Source: Neodothiora populina
Taxonomy: Eukaryota
Assembly: GCF_041146345.1 (NCBI RefSeq)
Contig: NW_027191417.1
Span: forward strand, 434,001 to 498,000
Direction of reading: 5' to 3'
Length of the DNA: 64,000 nucleotides
Shown here: positions 1 to 11,728 of the stretch, piece after piece
How the letters are laid out: every line of letters begins with the position of its first letter
Numbering within the stretch: position 1 is the first letter of the stretch
Made by a program: the position numbers and the translations under genes
The notes under the pieces: model-generated
Database searches by the model: none
What the model saw: only the letters and a program-made list of their open reading frames with translations
What the model was told of the DNA's origin: nothing

Positions 1-878
1 GAGGAAAAAGCAAGGGCAAACGGAGGAACACATTCAAGGTGGCGGCGCATTGGAGCGATATTGGCGTTATTCTTTTTCTTTTCTCCCTCTGTTGCCATCT
101 TTCCAACTTCGAATGTACCTAATTATCTAACAATCGACTTTGGCCTATTAATACTTAATCCAACACTATTTGCACTGCACGTCACCATTTCTCTGCGTCG
201 CGGCCTCTCTCTTCCCTCTACCTATCCCCCTCCATGGGCCCGTCCGTGAACCCTCCCACGAGAACCACGACGTCGACTCATATACATGACGACGTCGCGA
301 GGTCGACGTACTGTACGTGTCCAGCACCAGATTGTGACCGAGGACAAAAGGACATTGAATGAGATGTCTGGTCTTGTCGACACGTATCGAACTTGCGAAG
401 GGCTTGGTGTATAAGGTACGGTAAGGGACGTTGCCGTTAGACGGGTATGGCCCATGAGTCGGGAGATGGACCACGTCACTTGAGAATCAGAGATGTGGCT
501 GGGGAGAGCAATGATGGATGAAGTGGTAGGATGAGGGAGAAAAAGACTCGCGTGTTCGTGATAGAAATCGATGAGATATATGGAGATAGTTCCTCAAGAC
601 TCCGATGCTAGCCTGCTGGCTGTGGCTGTGCGATTCAAGTGCCCCTAGTGCGATCGCAGTGCGATATGTGTATGTACCCGGCCATGTCCGCCCATCACAT
701 TCATCTCCACCTGCAGAGACAAAGAAACAAGAAACGGAAGACGACATGAAAAGCGATGGCTTGGTCTTAAAACTCCTGTCCCGTGTCAATGTATGAAGCA
801 ACCATATGAGCCCACGTCCCGTGGTGACTGAGGCGATTGAAGTGAGCAGAGAGAATAAACTTAGAAGAAAGGGATACT

Positions 879-3035
879 TCACATGACCACACAGCCTCCG
901 CTGCGGGCTCTCCTCCTCCTCCCACCCCCCACTGCACCACCTGGTCCTCCCGCCCCTTGCCCAGCACCAGCTTCAGTCCCCTCGCCTTCCTCATCCGCGT
1001 GCATCATCTGCGCCTCCCTCGCTCTGCGTCGGCGACGTCTGGCGCCTGCGCCGCTAGCCCCCGCCTCCTCCTGCGCAATCATGAACTCAGCCCATTTCCG
1101 CTCGAGCCGGATGGCGGATGCAAAATCGCCTCGAACGACGCGCTTCGTGTGCTCTTCTACAGTGGGCTGGTAGTTGTAGAAACACTTCAGCTGAATGATT
1201 TCGCGCGGGTATGTGCGTACTGCCGAGGGATGGGTCGAGGGTGAGGGTAGAGGGACATCGCAGCTTCTGACGTTATCGTCTGTGGGTGTTCGCACTGCTG
1301 TTGCTGGTCGACGGGTTGTGATGACTTCGGCGTTGCGCGAGAGGATCTCGCGGATGCCTGTCCAGGTCACGTTTTGGCAGTCGTACGCGACGAGTCGGAG
1401 TCCGAATGTGGGCCTGTCGAGATTGCTTGTTGTGCGAGTGCTTCTTGATCGCACTAGAGATGCGGCCTCGGCTAAGGTCAGGTCGGAGATGCGGGTGTTG
1501 TCCACGTCGAGACTGCGGAGGTTGGTGCAGTTCTTGAGCACGGGCAGCATGCCAACGTCACCGAGGTCTTCGCAGTATGATATGCCAAGATGGCGTATTG
1601 ACTTTGAGCAGGGTGCGTTGGCGAGAGTGGTTAGAACGACATTCGTCAAGATCTCCTGCTCTTCAAGGTCCAGGTGAGTGAGTTTGGGCATGGAATTGAT
1701 GAGTGCGGTCATAGTCTGATCAGTAATCCCAGGCACCTTGGACAGCTGCAAGCCTTCAATCTCAGGAACATTGTTGATCATGGTCGCAACACCATCGTCA
1801 CTGATGCCTCGACAACGCGTCAAATCGAGATGTTTGAACGTGCGAGGTGGGACGATCGGTCGGCCTGTGAGATAGTCCATTTCGCTGTCCCGACCCTCTA
1901 TCAGTATGGCCAGAGCCTCATCATTCAGAGAATCGCAGTTCATGAGTAGAAGCCTCTCCAGAGAGTTCTTCTCGAACAGCAGCTGCATAAAGTCAAGATC
2001 TTCCCACCCACGCACTTCGCCTGCCCGGATGTCCTTTAACCTGGGACAAGCCTCGACGACTCTTCGAAGGCCTCTTGTATCGATGTTGTTGCACCACGAT
2101 ATGTTCAGATACTCGACTCGTGGGCAAGCTTGAGCAATCATTTTCATTGTCGAATTTGTTGCATTTGCCAGACCAGAAAGATTGATGTGTACTAAGCGTG
2201 GGTTCTGCAAGAGGAAGTTATGAATCGAAGTCCTGTCGATCCGGCAACCCTCGAGAGAGAAGTTTTCAAGATTCCTACATGCCTCGGCCAAGCCCTTTGA
2301 ATACCACTTTTCTCTCAATTGCACGCAACCTCGAAGATTTAGGTCGCGAACGAAAGGTCCAGCAGCAATGATGATCTTGACCAAAGCATCGGCGGGAATG
2401 TCTTGATAGAAATCTGAAGTGTCCAGGTCGCTCCATAGTTGACCGTCGAAGCACATCTGGTGGAATTGCTTGGACACTGCCGAACATCGGACAGCCTCCC
2501 TCGGTGACAGATATGAGAAAACCTCCATGCATACCTCCGAGGGTAAATCGCGCCAGAAGTTGAAGTTCGGCCTTCGCTGGCGAATAGGCTTCTTACTGAT
2601 AATGGAGAAATAGTCATTCTCCTCGGCGATTCCAGGTGTTCCGGTCGATTTGGATGCTGATCTGAAATCATGAGGTAAGGGTATTGAACCACGTCCTTCT
2701 AGACCAAGATGTCGGGCTCTAGTCTTCTCGTCAAAGGGAGGTATTATCACCCCTGGTGTTGTGACGGTCGAAGTTGGTGCTGTCGAAAAACCCGCATATA
2801 GTTCGGAAGCTAGAGTAGAGCCGTATGAATTATATGGTGAAGATGCGGATGACAATGACATACAAGACACGGATGCCTTGCCGCCATATCGAAAACCCGA
2901 AGACTGCTGTCTTCCCACTTTCGTGAGGGAAGGAGAAGAAGACAATTTGTGCAAGAATCGTTCCCTTCTATTTGGCCTTTGTGATTCCGGAATGCGAATT
3001 GGTGAAGCCGGAGATGCCGGCGTTTGTGAACTCAT
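879..3035 (-). CDS. F-box/leucine-rich-repeat protein (FBXL2/FBXL20-like) with C-terminal CAAX box
   Basis: F-box LPSEVCMEVFSYLSPREAVRCSAVSKQF is followed by cysteine-containing LRRs (LNLRGC, LNISWC, LDLTRC). The protein ends RRRRARSGGCVVM. First ATG is at 3035; the ORF-track start at 3065 is GTG. Confidence 0.9.
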   Translation of the reverse strand: MSSQTPASPASPIRIPESQRPNRRERFLHKLSSSPSLTKVGRQQSSGFRYGGKASVSCMSLSSASSPYNSYGSTLASELYAGFSTAPTSTVTTPGVIIPPFDEKTRARHLGLEGRGSIPLPHDFRSASKSTGTPGIAEENDYFSIISKKPIRQRRPNFNFWRDLPSEVCMEVFSYLSPREAVRCSAVSKQFHQMCFDGQLWSDLDTSDFYQDIPADALVKIIIAAGPFVRDLNLRGCVQLREKWYSKGLAEACRNLENFSLEGCRIDRTSIHNFLLQNPRLVHINLSGLANATNSTMKMIAQACPRVEYLNISWCNNIDTRGLRRVVEACPRLKDIRAGEVRGWEDLDFMQLLFEKNSLERLLLMNCDSLNDEALAILIEGRDSEMDYLTGRPIVPPRTFKHLDLTRCRGISDDGVATMINNVPEIEGLQLSKVPGITDQTMTALINSMPKLTHLDLEEQEILTNVVLTTLANAPCSKSIRHLGISYCEDLGDVGMLPVLKNCTNLRSLDVDNTRISDLTLAEAASLVRSRSTRTTSNLDRPTFGLRLVAYDCQNVTWTGIREILSRNAEVITTRRPATAVRTPTDDNVRSCDVPLPSPSTHPSAVRTYPREIIQLKCFYNYQPTVEEHTKRVVRGDFASAIRLERKWAEFMIAQEEAGASGAGARRRRRRAREAQMMHADEEGEGTEAGAGQGAGGPGGAVGGGRRRRARSGGCVVM

Positions 3036-4562
3036 GGCTATGGAATCACCAGAAAATTGAGCCACGGGCGGATATGTATCGAGTTGAATAGCAAGTATCC
3101 TGACCAGCCCGGCACACTCTCAAGATACAGACAAGATCCCAACTTAATTCGTTGACCGAGATCCAGAATATGCCCCTCCGGAAGGATTTTCCGCTGTTAT
3201 AATACAGGCCTTATCGGCACCCGATTCACCAGCTATCTATCGGTAGGATACCTGCCCTCTGGTTCTGATTGACCGATTCCAGCTCAGCGATAACAACAGG
3301 CACCAGATCAGAATCGGAGAAGCAGACAAGACTTCCTCTGTCCTTGATATAAAAAAGTGTCGGCAGCTTCGGATGAGCCCAAAGTTTTAGCCGTAGAGAG
3401 GGGAGTGTCGAAAGTGTACAAGCAGTGGTACTGACACCTTCGAAGCGGGGAAAGTGCGCGGCTTAGAGAGTCCAGCTCCGGCGGATTGATGGCAAGATCA
3501 CGTCTTGATACTTGACTTGCAGGCGAATATCTTCCGCACGAACAACTGACTTTCACAGCTGAATAGTATGTGCCAAAGATCTAACAACACAGCGTGAACA
3601 TCAGGGAAGTTGCAGGTTGACAGGTCGGATCGTCTTTCTAGTCAGACACCAATGATTAGATACTCCGGCCTAGACTGCGGCTTATCGGATCAAGAGGGTT
3701 CAACTTAGTTTCCTTTATCTTGTTCTTTATCAGCCCGTTAGTTTGCAATAGAGTTCTCGTGGTGGGGCGGACTTCGATCCTCTACTGTATTTGGCGTTAG
3801 AACGGAGACCCTGAGCCTAGCAAGGAAGCATGAAAGGGTCCTCCTGCGGGGTGCGGCTGTGTCTTGGTTATGAACCGGTATCTTGTGTGGATGCGAAAGT
3901 CAAAAGGTCTATTATTGTACTCGTTGCATCGATATGTAACGCGATGAGACTCGAACGGCGACCAGAACAAATCCACTGGCCTCTGCCAATTAGACTGTAT
4001 ATGTACAGCAGTGACCTAAGTGCAAAGATAAGGATCAAAGACAGTTGCTCACACGACGCTGACCTACCTCATCTATAAATCCTGTCACAGCACGCGTGAC
4101 CTGTCGGACGACACGCTCTCATGACTCGCCTTATCTATTCGGCTCTCCACTAGATCTCGCCTCTCTCACGGTTTGCCAATAGTAGGCGGCCCGACAAGGC
4201 CAGTATCAGTGAAAGCCCTATCAGAGTATTATGCACGAGGACGACGTGCTGGCATATCTCCAGTAGTTCATTTGGAACGAGCTAATATGGGCCCATGGTA
4301 GCCACCAGACACAACCCCCTAATCCCCAGAACGTACACCCATTGAACTTGATCTCCTAGTTATCGTGACACCATTTGCAGAAATGGGGCTCCTGATGGTG
4401 AATTGCCTTGCACAGTCGTGCTATCTCAACCCATGCGGTTAGCGCCTGACCTGAGGCTCAAGCTCGCAAGACCAAGGATCTCGTAGTTGTCGACACTTGC
4501 CTGCAGATAATCAGCCGGGACTCATGGAAGTCACTAATAAGTGAAGATAAGGAACGAATTGA

Positions 4563-5257
4563 TCATACCCAAGCTGCGCACACAGTAGCGACGAGCGGCA
4601 AGAACGAGCGAATCAGGTTCAGCGTCGCCCACTTGTCGACCAGAGCATGCGCCGTCTCCTCTTGAGCAATACCCGACTCAGCAGCGGCGTCGGTAAGAGA
4701 CGATGCCTTGTCACTGAGTTTCTTATTGACAGTTCCCATGGCGAAGACAGTGTATGGGATGATCGAAGGAACCAAAAGAGCCGCGGCAGTGTAGAGGAGG
4801 ATCGAAGGCGATTCCTTCGGAGCTGTACCCATATCCATCAGCTCTGCATCTCTTGAAATGATGGCCCCTTAGCGCAAAATTTTCGTGACGTTTCACACAC
4901 CTCTGTAGGCCAGTCCACCAAAGATGGCCGCACTAACGACGCTCAAAGGAGGAGCGAGGAACTTTCCCTTGTCGAACACAGTCTGCCATTGTTTGGCAAG
5001 CAGTGGAGCAGGAGCCTGTAAGAGAGCTGGGCACGAGAACAGACTGATGCCTCCAATAGCACCTGATTGGTGTCAGAAGAAAACCACAATACTACCACCA
5101 CCCTGTCGCAAGACACCGTAGGGCAAACTACAGAGCCGCAGAGGCAGAGGAGAAGGAGTACAGTACCTGCGAGGTAAGCCGAGGAAGTAAGACCAACGAC
5201 CTGTGCGATGCGCACGCCGACGGCGGGCTTATCGACCGAGATGGGGATTTTGTCCAT
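4563..5257 (-). CDS. DUF1772 (anthrone oxygenase-like) small membrane protein, 2 introns
   Basis: Introns 5166-5063 and 4900-4844 restore one frame: ...LLAKQWQTVFDKGK...IIPYTVFAMGTVNKKL...LVDKWATLNLIRS, typical of DUF1772. Confidence 0.8.
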
Positions 5258-6354
5258 GATTGCAACAACCGACTTCTTCAAGGTGTATTATGAGGATTAG
5301 GGAGCAGACGATGGATTGGATGGTATAGCAAAGTATGAAGGAAGCTGCAAGATCACACAGAGCTCCTTTCAGCAGCTCTTCTTTAATCCTCGAACCAAGT
5401 CCAAATCCCTAAACAAGGCAAGCGGGAAGCAAGGTACAGCACAGGTAGCTGAGGAGCTCATGATCCACGATCGTGCAGCAACAACCACAGCTGCGAAAGC
5501 AAGCTTCAACTCTAATGGCAGGATCGAGGTCATGCAAAGGGTCCGATTGGCATGTGATAATGGAGATCGTCCTCTGGGCTTCCCCAGGTCTCATCAGCCT
5601 TACTGCTGCGTCCGTACAAGTACCTACAAGCTTGTCCGCTGGTCTCGAGCTCTATCTCGTTCTCCGCCCAATAGTCAACGACTCAACAGATATAAATATG
5701 ATTCGGAGCGTATGCAACAGGGAGTAGAGACTACACAATTGGGTTCGTGGAACGCTGTTAGTTTTAATGTATTTGTTGTATGTAGGTAGTGTTAATGGCA
5801 CGCTCGATGTTCGCTCTCGCCCCAAAGCCCCAAAACAGCCCTCAGTGAAACAGGGTATCGCCATGATAAAATTGCCTGAAGAGGTTGGTATAGAAATAAA
5901 ACAAATATAGGGGTGATAAGAAATGAAATGATCCACGAAACGAACGCTCCATGAGTTTTAAAGCGCTGTCTTGGAATGTTGTCTTTGGTTTACTTCCTCG
6001 GTTCGTGAGAAAGACTGGCGGTATGAAAGATTACTTGTACCGCCTATGTGCCCGACTCGCACGATCCATCTACCGCAAGAATGTATACCTTCCCTCGATC
6101 GTACAATACACGCCTGGCGATGACAATGACCCGTCAATCTTGAAGACGATGCGATGGCGTCGAGTAACGCTCGACACTCCTCCCCAGCCTGGATAGAAAC
6201 CTCGACAGATAGAGTCTGCCGCATCCTCCATGTTTTCGTGGTATAATCATAAGAATAACCTTGTCAAGCCCCCTCGATGGTGAAGCCGCTTCCCGCTCCT
6301 GCCGTATAAGAGTCCTTGGTCGCTTGCGCGTTCGTGCAATTTATATCATCACCG

Positions 6355-9300
6355 TTACTCCTCTTCCTCGTCGACATGTGTGGACCAGGGATGTTCCAGG
6401 ACAGCCTGGATTCCAATTCGGCGCTCCACGTCTCTGTCTAGCATTTTACGAATCAGGTCGATGCAGTCCTCGCTCATAACGTAAGGAACGCGCAGGTCAT
6501 GGTCCATGATCTCGTCGATAGAGTAGAACGGGTTCTCCTTATAGACGATGGTGTATAAAAGGATGCCAAGGGCCCACACGTCTTGCTCTTTGCCTCTGTA
6601 CGGCGAACCGCGAAGAACTTCGGGTGCTGCGTAATCTGTAGAAAAGCACTGTCAGCAAAAGTATCTTCACCGTGTTCGCGTGTCAAACCATCAACATACC
6701 GATTGTTCCGACGAAGACATCGAAAGGTCCTGACTTGATATACGCAGCACTGCCAAAGTCAACCAGCTTAACAGCACCATCGCCATCAAGAATCACATTT
6801 TCGTCCTTGATGTCACGATGCACAACCCTCGCCTTATTGTGCAAGTGATCTATGGCACTGGCCACTTGTACAAAAATCTTCCGGCATTCCTTCTCTTCCA
6901 TGTTAACGCGAAGTTCGATATAGTCAAAAAGGTCCATGCCAGGCAAGCCATGTGGAATCATCTCGATATAGTAGTTGATGTCGTCTTCGAAGAAGTCGGC
7001 CATCTCGACGATGTTGGGATGCATCAAGCCATCACGGCGCAGATAGTCCAGAACGTGGATCTCCAGAGGTACGGTGCCGAGTCGCCGGTCGCGAGTCCAT
7101 GTATCAACAAGAATGCGTCTCTTCGTGACGTACTTGATGACCATCTTCTGCGCGTTCGCCTTCTTATATCTTGCGAGCTTGACCTGACCATAGGCACCCT
7201 GTCCCATCTCTTCCAGGATAAGGAAATCGGCGATGAGCTTCTTCTTGGTTGTCTTGACGCCAGCTTTCTCAGCATCGGGTGAAGGATGTTCGAAGAGCTC
7301 GGTATTATCGGCAGAGAATATGGTGGCGGTGGAAGGATCCTGTAGCTGTTGAGTGAGAAGCGACGCGGAAGAAGCAGTTGAACTTGAGTTTGCAGATGTA
7401 GCTGTCTCGGTAGCACTGCTAGACTCATCGCTCTCCTCGGTGGGGGCAGGAAGGGGCTGCACGGGTTGGCCAGGTATCGACCTTCGCGTGGGTGAACCTG
7501 GTCGAGAGATGAGAGGATTGACTGGGCCTACTCCATGGTTGACGGCATGCAGTGCTCGTGAGTAAGTGATCCAGAGAGCATATACTACTTCGGACGAGGG
7601 TTGCGTCGGAACCTCTTCGTGCTCCTCGGCAATGATGTTACTGTTGAAAGAGTCGTGACGGTCACTCTTGACGACACGCATTTGCACATCGATCATGATG
7701 TCCGAGCCGTCTCTATGCTTTGCCGGAAGTCCACTAGGCCGTAAGAAAATGGAAGCGGCGTCAGCTCGGCCCTCTCTCAAAGCTAGCAGTGCTCTGGCCC
7801 TGCGAAAGCTGTGCTCAGGTATAACCAGGCCATCCTCGAGGCGGATTTTGTCTTCATCGGTGAGGAGATGCAGGATCTTGTCGAAGGAGGGTATCAAGTC
7901 GCTAATGTCTAGATCTTCAGGTCTTTCTATGCCAAAGAGTGCGGCGGAAAAGACCGAGTTGGAGCTAGCAACCTTCAGGGTATCTGCAGATATTACCAGG
8001 ATACCAGCGATGTGAGGAAAGCTTGAGACACGCAGGGTAGATTCTCCAGACAGCAGATCGATCGTGACTGGTATGCTGATGCTGTTAGCAGTTCTTGCAG
8101 TGAAGCGTCTGAGCTCAGAGATGTTTTCGAGGTCAAGGGCACCAGTGTGGGTTCCTGCAAGCTTTGGCAGTTCTGGTAGAAGTTTTCTCACGTCTGTGCC
8201 CCTTCGAACTCTTTCCACGCCCCAGATGGCTTCCAATGCTCCCACGCTCTTGTCTATACATCCGATCTCGTCGACTGTGAGGTATGCAACGTCCTCGGCG
8301 ATCTCTTCAAGGACCCAGATCAAACCTCCTGACTTCTCCTTGACCCACAGACTGGCAGACCCAATGTCGCCGTTGCGCTTCTGAATTGGAACGACATCGC
8401 CACAAAGCAACACTCCCCTGGAAGCATTCGTTGAGTGGAAAGCTGTGTTCTTGGCTTTATCATCGTCGATGCCGTTGACCGTCTTGGACCTTCTGCTCTG
8501 ATAGTTCTGACGAACCGGGGGCTTACTGAGAAGCTTTGCGGTGACGCCAGTGCCCATCGAGAGGTTGGACGAAGGAGACTTGGAGTGGTCGGCACTGCTC
8601 TGCTGACTGTTTCGCTGCGGCGATTTACTTCGGCCACGGCCAGGCGAGTCGGCATCTGAACCGCGTAGTTTCTTCTCGAGCCATTTCCGTCGCTCTTCTC
8701 TTATCACTTCCATGATGCCCATTTTCCTCACCTCAGCGCGTGTGACGCCAAAAACCAGACAGGCCAGGTCGTTGGCTGCGGTTATCGTCCATGGTGACTT
8801 TGCTTCGGTGGTGAAGATGGCCTGATGAGCAGCTGCCTGACGGCCGTGACCGTGCCCGTGCGAAGGACCCGACTGGTTCTGCTGAGCGGCTGTATTCTTC
8901 GCGCCAGTCGGGGGGAACGTCGGAACGGACTTGGATGAGAGTGCGTGGGGATCCTGCGAAACGGATGGAGCATGGTAAGGTTGCGCCATTGCTTCACTGA
9001 GTCGGTTTTGCATATTTAAAGCTCCAATATCAGTGTACGTGCGCTTGAGCGAGGCACGCTTGGGCATAGGCGGAGACAGGCTGTCGGTGGAAAGCATCCG
9101 CGAATCCTCGTGGCCAACAGCGGTCGCGTTCACATCAGCGTGGTTCTCTGGAAGAGCGCTTGAGGGCTGAACGTTTGCTCCGTTTTCTTTAGTATTCTCC
9201 TCGGACAGCGGCGAAATTGTGCTCTTGGGACTTTCCGAGATGGGGGCAAAACTTCTATCGAAGATGTTGTCGGCTGATGGGTCGGCGGGGCCGCTCAGAG

Positions 9301-10271
9301 GGGCGTTTGTAATTCCAATGCCTGGAGCATTTAGGTTGCCGTCGGGACCCAGCAGGTTGGCGCGCTGCAGGAGCTCCACCATGCTTTGAACTTCGTGATC
9401 GCCCGAGATCTTTGCTTGAGCGTTCATTATATTCGGGTTGACCGCTGCCCAACCTAATTTGTCGCGCATAAAGTCCATAGATCTTTTGAGAACGGTCTGC
9501 CTGTTGTGAAGCGAGTCTTCTGACTGATGGGCGAATGAGAATGAATGTAGCGACTCTGAGGGGAAGCGACTGAGGTCCTCGCTGAACGGTAACGTCGGTG
9601 ACGATGGACCGGAAGGCATGATCCCTTGAACGCTGCCTGCAGAGGCCAGTCTGAGGTTGTGGGACGATGAGCGAGCAGATAGAGTTCCCTGTCGATTAGA
9701 GACGACTTGTCGAATGCGGCGGAGGCCACTGTCACGCTCAGGCATTCCGGGTGATCTGTAAGGGGCGCGGTCCCGTCAATCCTTGTACTCATGATGGGCT
9801 CAACTGGCAAGGTCAGGAAGAGAAGATGGAGACAACAGACCTGCTGATTTCCGACTCGAGCGAGGCAGCATCAAAGGACATTCTGGTGCGCTGGGCGTCT
9901 GCGGACAGAGAGCCATGCGGCGGATAATTCAGCAGACTACCTGTGCTGCGTATGCGTGAGAGTGAGATGGGCGACCCATAGCCAGCATCGTCATCCAGCA
10001 GCTGCTCTTCCTGGTGCGGATGTAGGTGTGTCTGCACCCTTGGCTGAGACGAGGGAGAGGATGAGGATTGCGCCTGAGCCTGAGTCTGAGTCTGAGTCTG
10101 TGCCTGTGTCTGACGTCCACGCGACGTCGCTGAGGCGCTGGTTCGCGGACTGCTGAAGCCTACATCCAGAGACGTCTCGAGTTAGTCTGGCTGCTACTCC
10201 GACAAAGAAAATTGCAAAACGGGTGGCTTGCATCACTTGCCATCATTAACATTGATCTGCGGCGAAATCAT
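6355..10271 (-). CDS. PAS-domain serine/threonine kinase (Psk1/Psk2-like), 3 introns
   Basis: Kinase motifs GQGAYG, VIK, HRDIKDEN, DFG and GTIDYAAPE (across intron 6699-6636); PAS-like segment ANDLACLVFG. Upstream exons 10271-10241 and 10159-9841 join in frame via introns 10240-10160 (GC-AG) and 9840-9756. Confidence 0.88.
10073..10112. repeat. Imperfect hexamer repeat (CTGAGT/CTGAGC-like) encoding a QT/QA dipeptide run in PAS kinase exon 2
   Basis: cctgagcctgagtctgagtctgagtctgtgcctgtgtctg; the minus strand reads QTQAQTQTQTQAQA. Confidence 0.7.
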
Positions 10272-11728
10272 GCTCCAGAAAAGGGCATGTGCAACTCGCG
10301 ACAGAATATGTCAAGTGAGCGCTTCGATACAGATACAAATTACAGGACTTTTTGCCGCCCGCGCTTTTGCTGCTGATGGCCTATTGGATATTGGAGCCTG
10401 TGACTCGAGGCGATATTCCGAAGCGTTGGGCTGAATGGATACAGAAGCAGGAGCAGGAGCAGGGTGCACAAGTGCTGCTGACCAGGCCTCAGCCTAAAGA
10501 TACTCTGTCGTCGTACTTTTTATTCCGTTGCAACGTGAAGGATTCGCTAACGACAGTTCACAGACTGCGTGAATGCTTGCAGAGAACTCCTTGTGATAGA
10601 TAAGGTACGACCGTTGCTACAAGTCGTATACTGTGCAAGCAATGTGGCGGTAAGACTTTCCGTTATTATTGCTGTTGCTGTTGTTGAAGGACTACTACTG
10701 TTAAGGGAGACATGTACTTCAATTCAAAGATAGGATTATTGCGCTAGATTTACTGCAAGGCTAGGTCGACTTGGAAAAAGGGCAGAGTTACGTATCGTTT
10801 CGACTCGCGAGACTCGAGACTCGATAGTCTCCTCGGTCAGATCAGCCTCTTCGCTCTGCTTTACTCTGCGCTGCTTTGCTTTGACTTGCTTTGATTTGCT
10901 GCTGCACAAGGTATTTGCCTGCCCTTTGCCCCCCTCCGCCCTTTCTTTGCAGTCCACCAAAGCAAGAGGTCCACGCTACCACGGCCGGTCCATGACAAAC
11001 TCCGACCTACCGTAGTGACAGGACCACATATGTGGGGTGAGGCATCCAATGAGCTGTGAGCCGATCCCACTCGACTCGACTCCTAAGCTATGACAGACTT
11101 TCGGTCAAATCTCAGCCCACGAGGGTCTCTGCAAAAAACTAAAGAGAGCGACACAAAACCTCCACGGTCTGACCCACGAGGCTGATCCGTACATCGCGGG
11201 ATTATCACCAAGCAACAAGGAAGTCCTGTCAGAACATCTGAGTCTCACCCTGCTCCTGCCACAACCTTGAAGTCACAGTGAGTATGCATCTGCATCCTGG
11301 CGCCGAGGCTGGGCTTGACCAGACCCTGTCTAATCGCTGCTACCGGTTGCGCGCTTGCCTTCGCGTACTGCTACAAAATCCGTCAAAGTCCGCTGAATCG
11401 TAACGATTGCGGGGAGGGGATTTCATCTCAAGCCTGCTCAAACTCAATCTCCCTGGCGAACCATGAGCGTTGTGGAACTCAAATCTATCTTACTTGGCCG
11501 ACCCGTGCTGCCCATGAAATTGTACATTGTCAAGCCATTTTCATGTCTCATGCCTCGGACTTTCGAGAGGTACGGAAGGTAGGATACTGTCATGTATGGC
11601 AGCGCGTGGCTAAGGGGATACGCATGCTCCATTCTCATTGATGAGGAACGCGCGATCAGCCCCGGGCTTGCTTGCCCCGAAAGTCGATCACCGTCTCGTC
11701 GAGTGCCAAGTGCGTCTCATATGCCCAC

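Noticed and set aside
3036..3107. In-frame GTG (3065) and CTG (3107) upstream of the F-box/LRR ATG as a non-AUG extension
   Set aside because: The open stretch is short, with no targeting-like features or other support.
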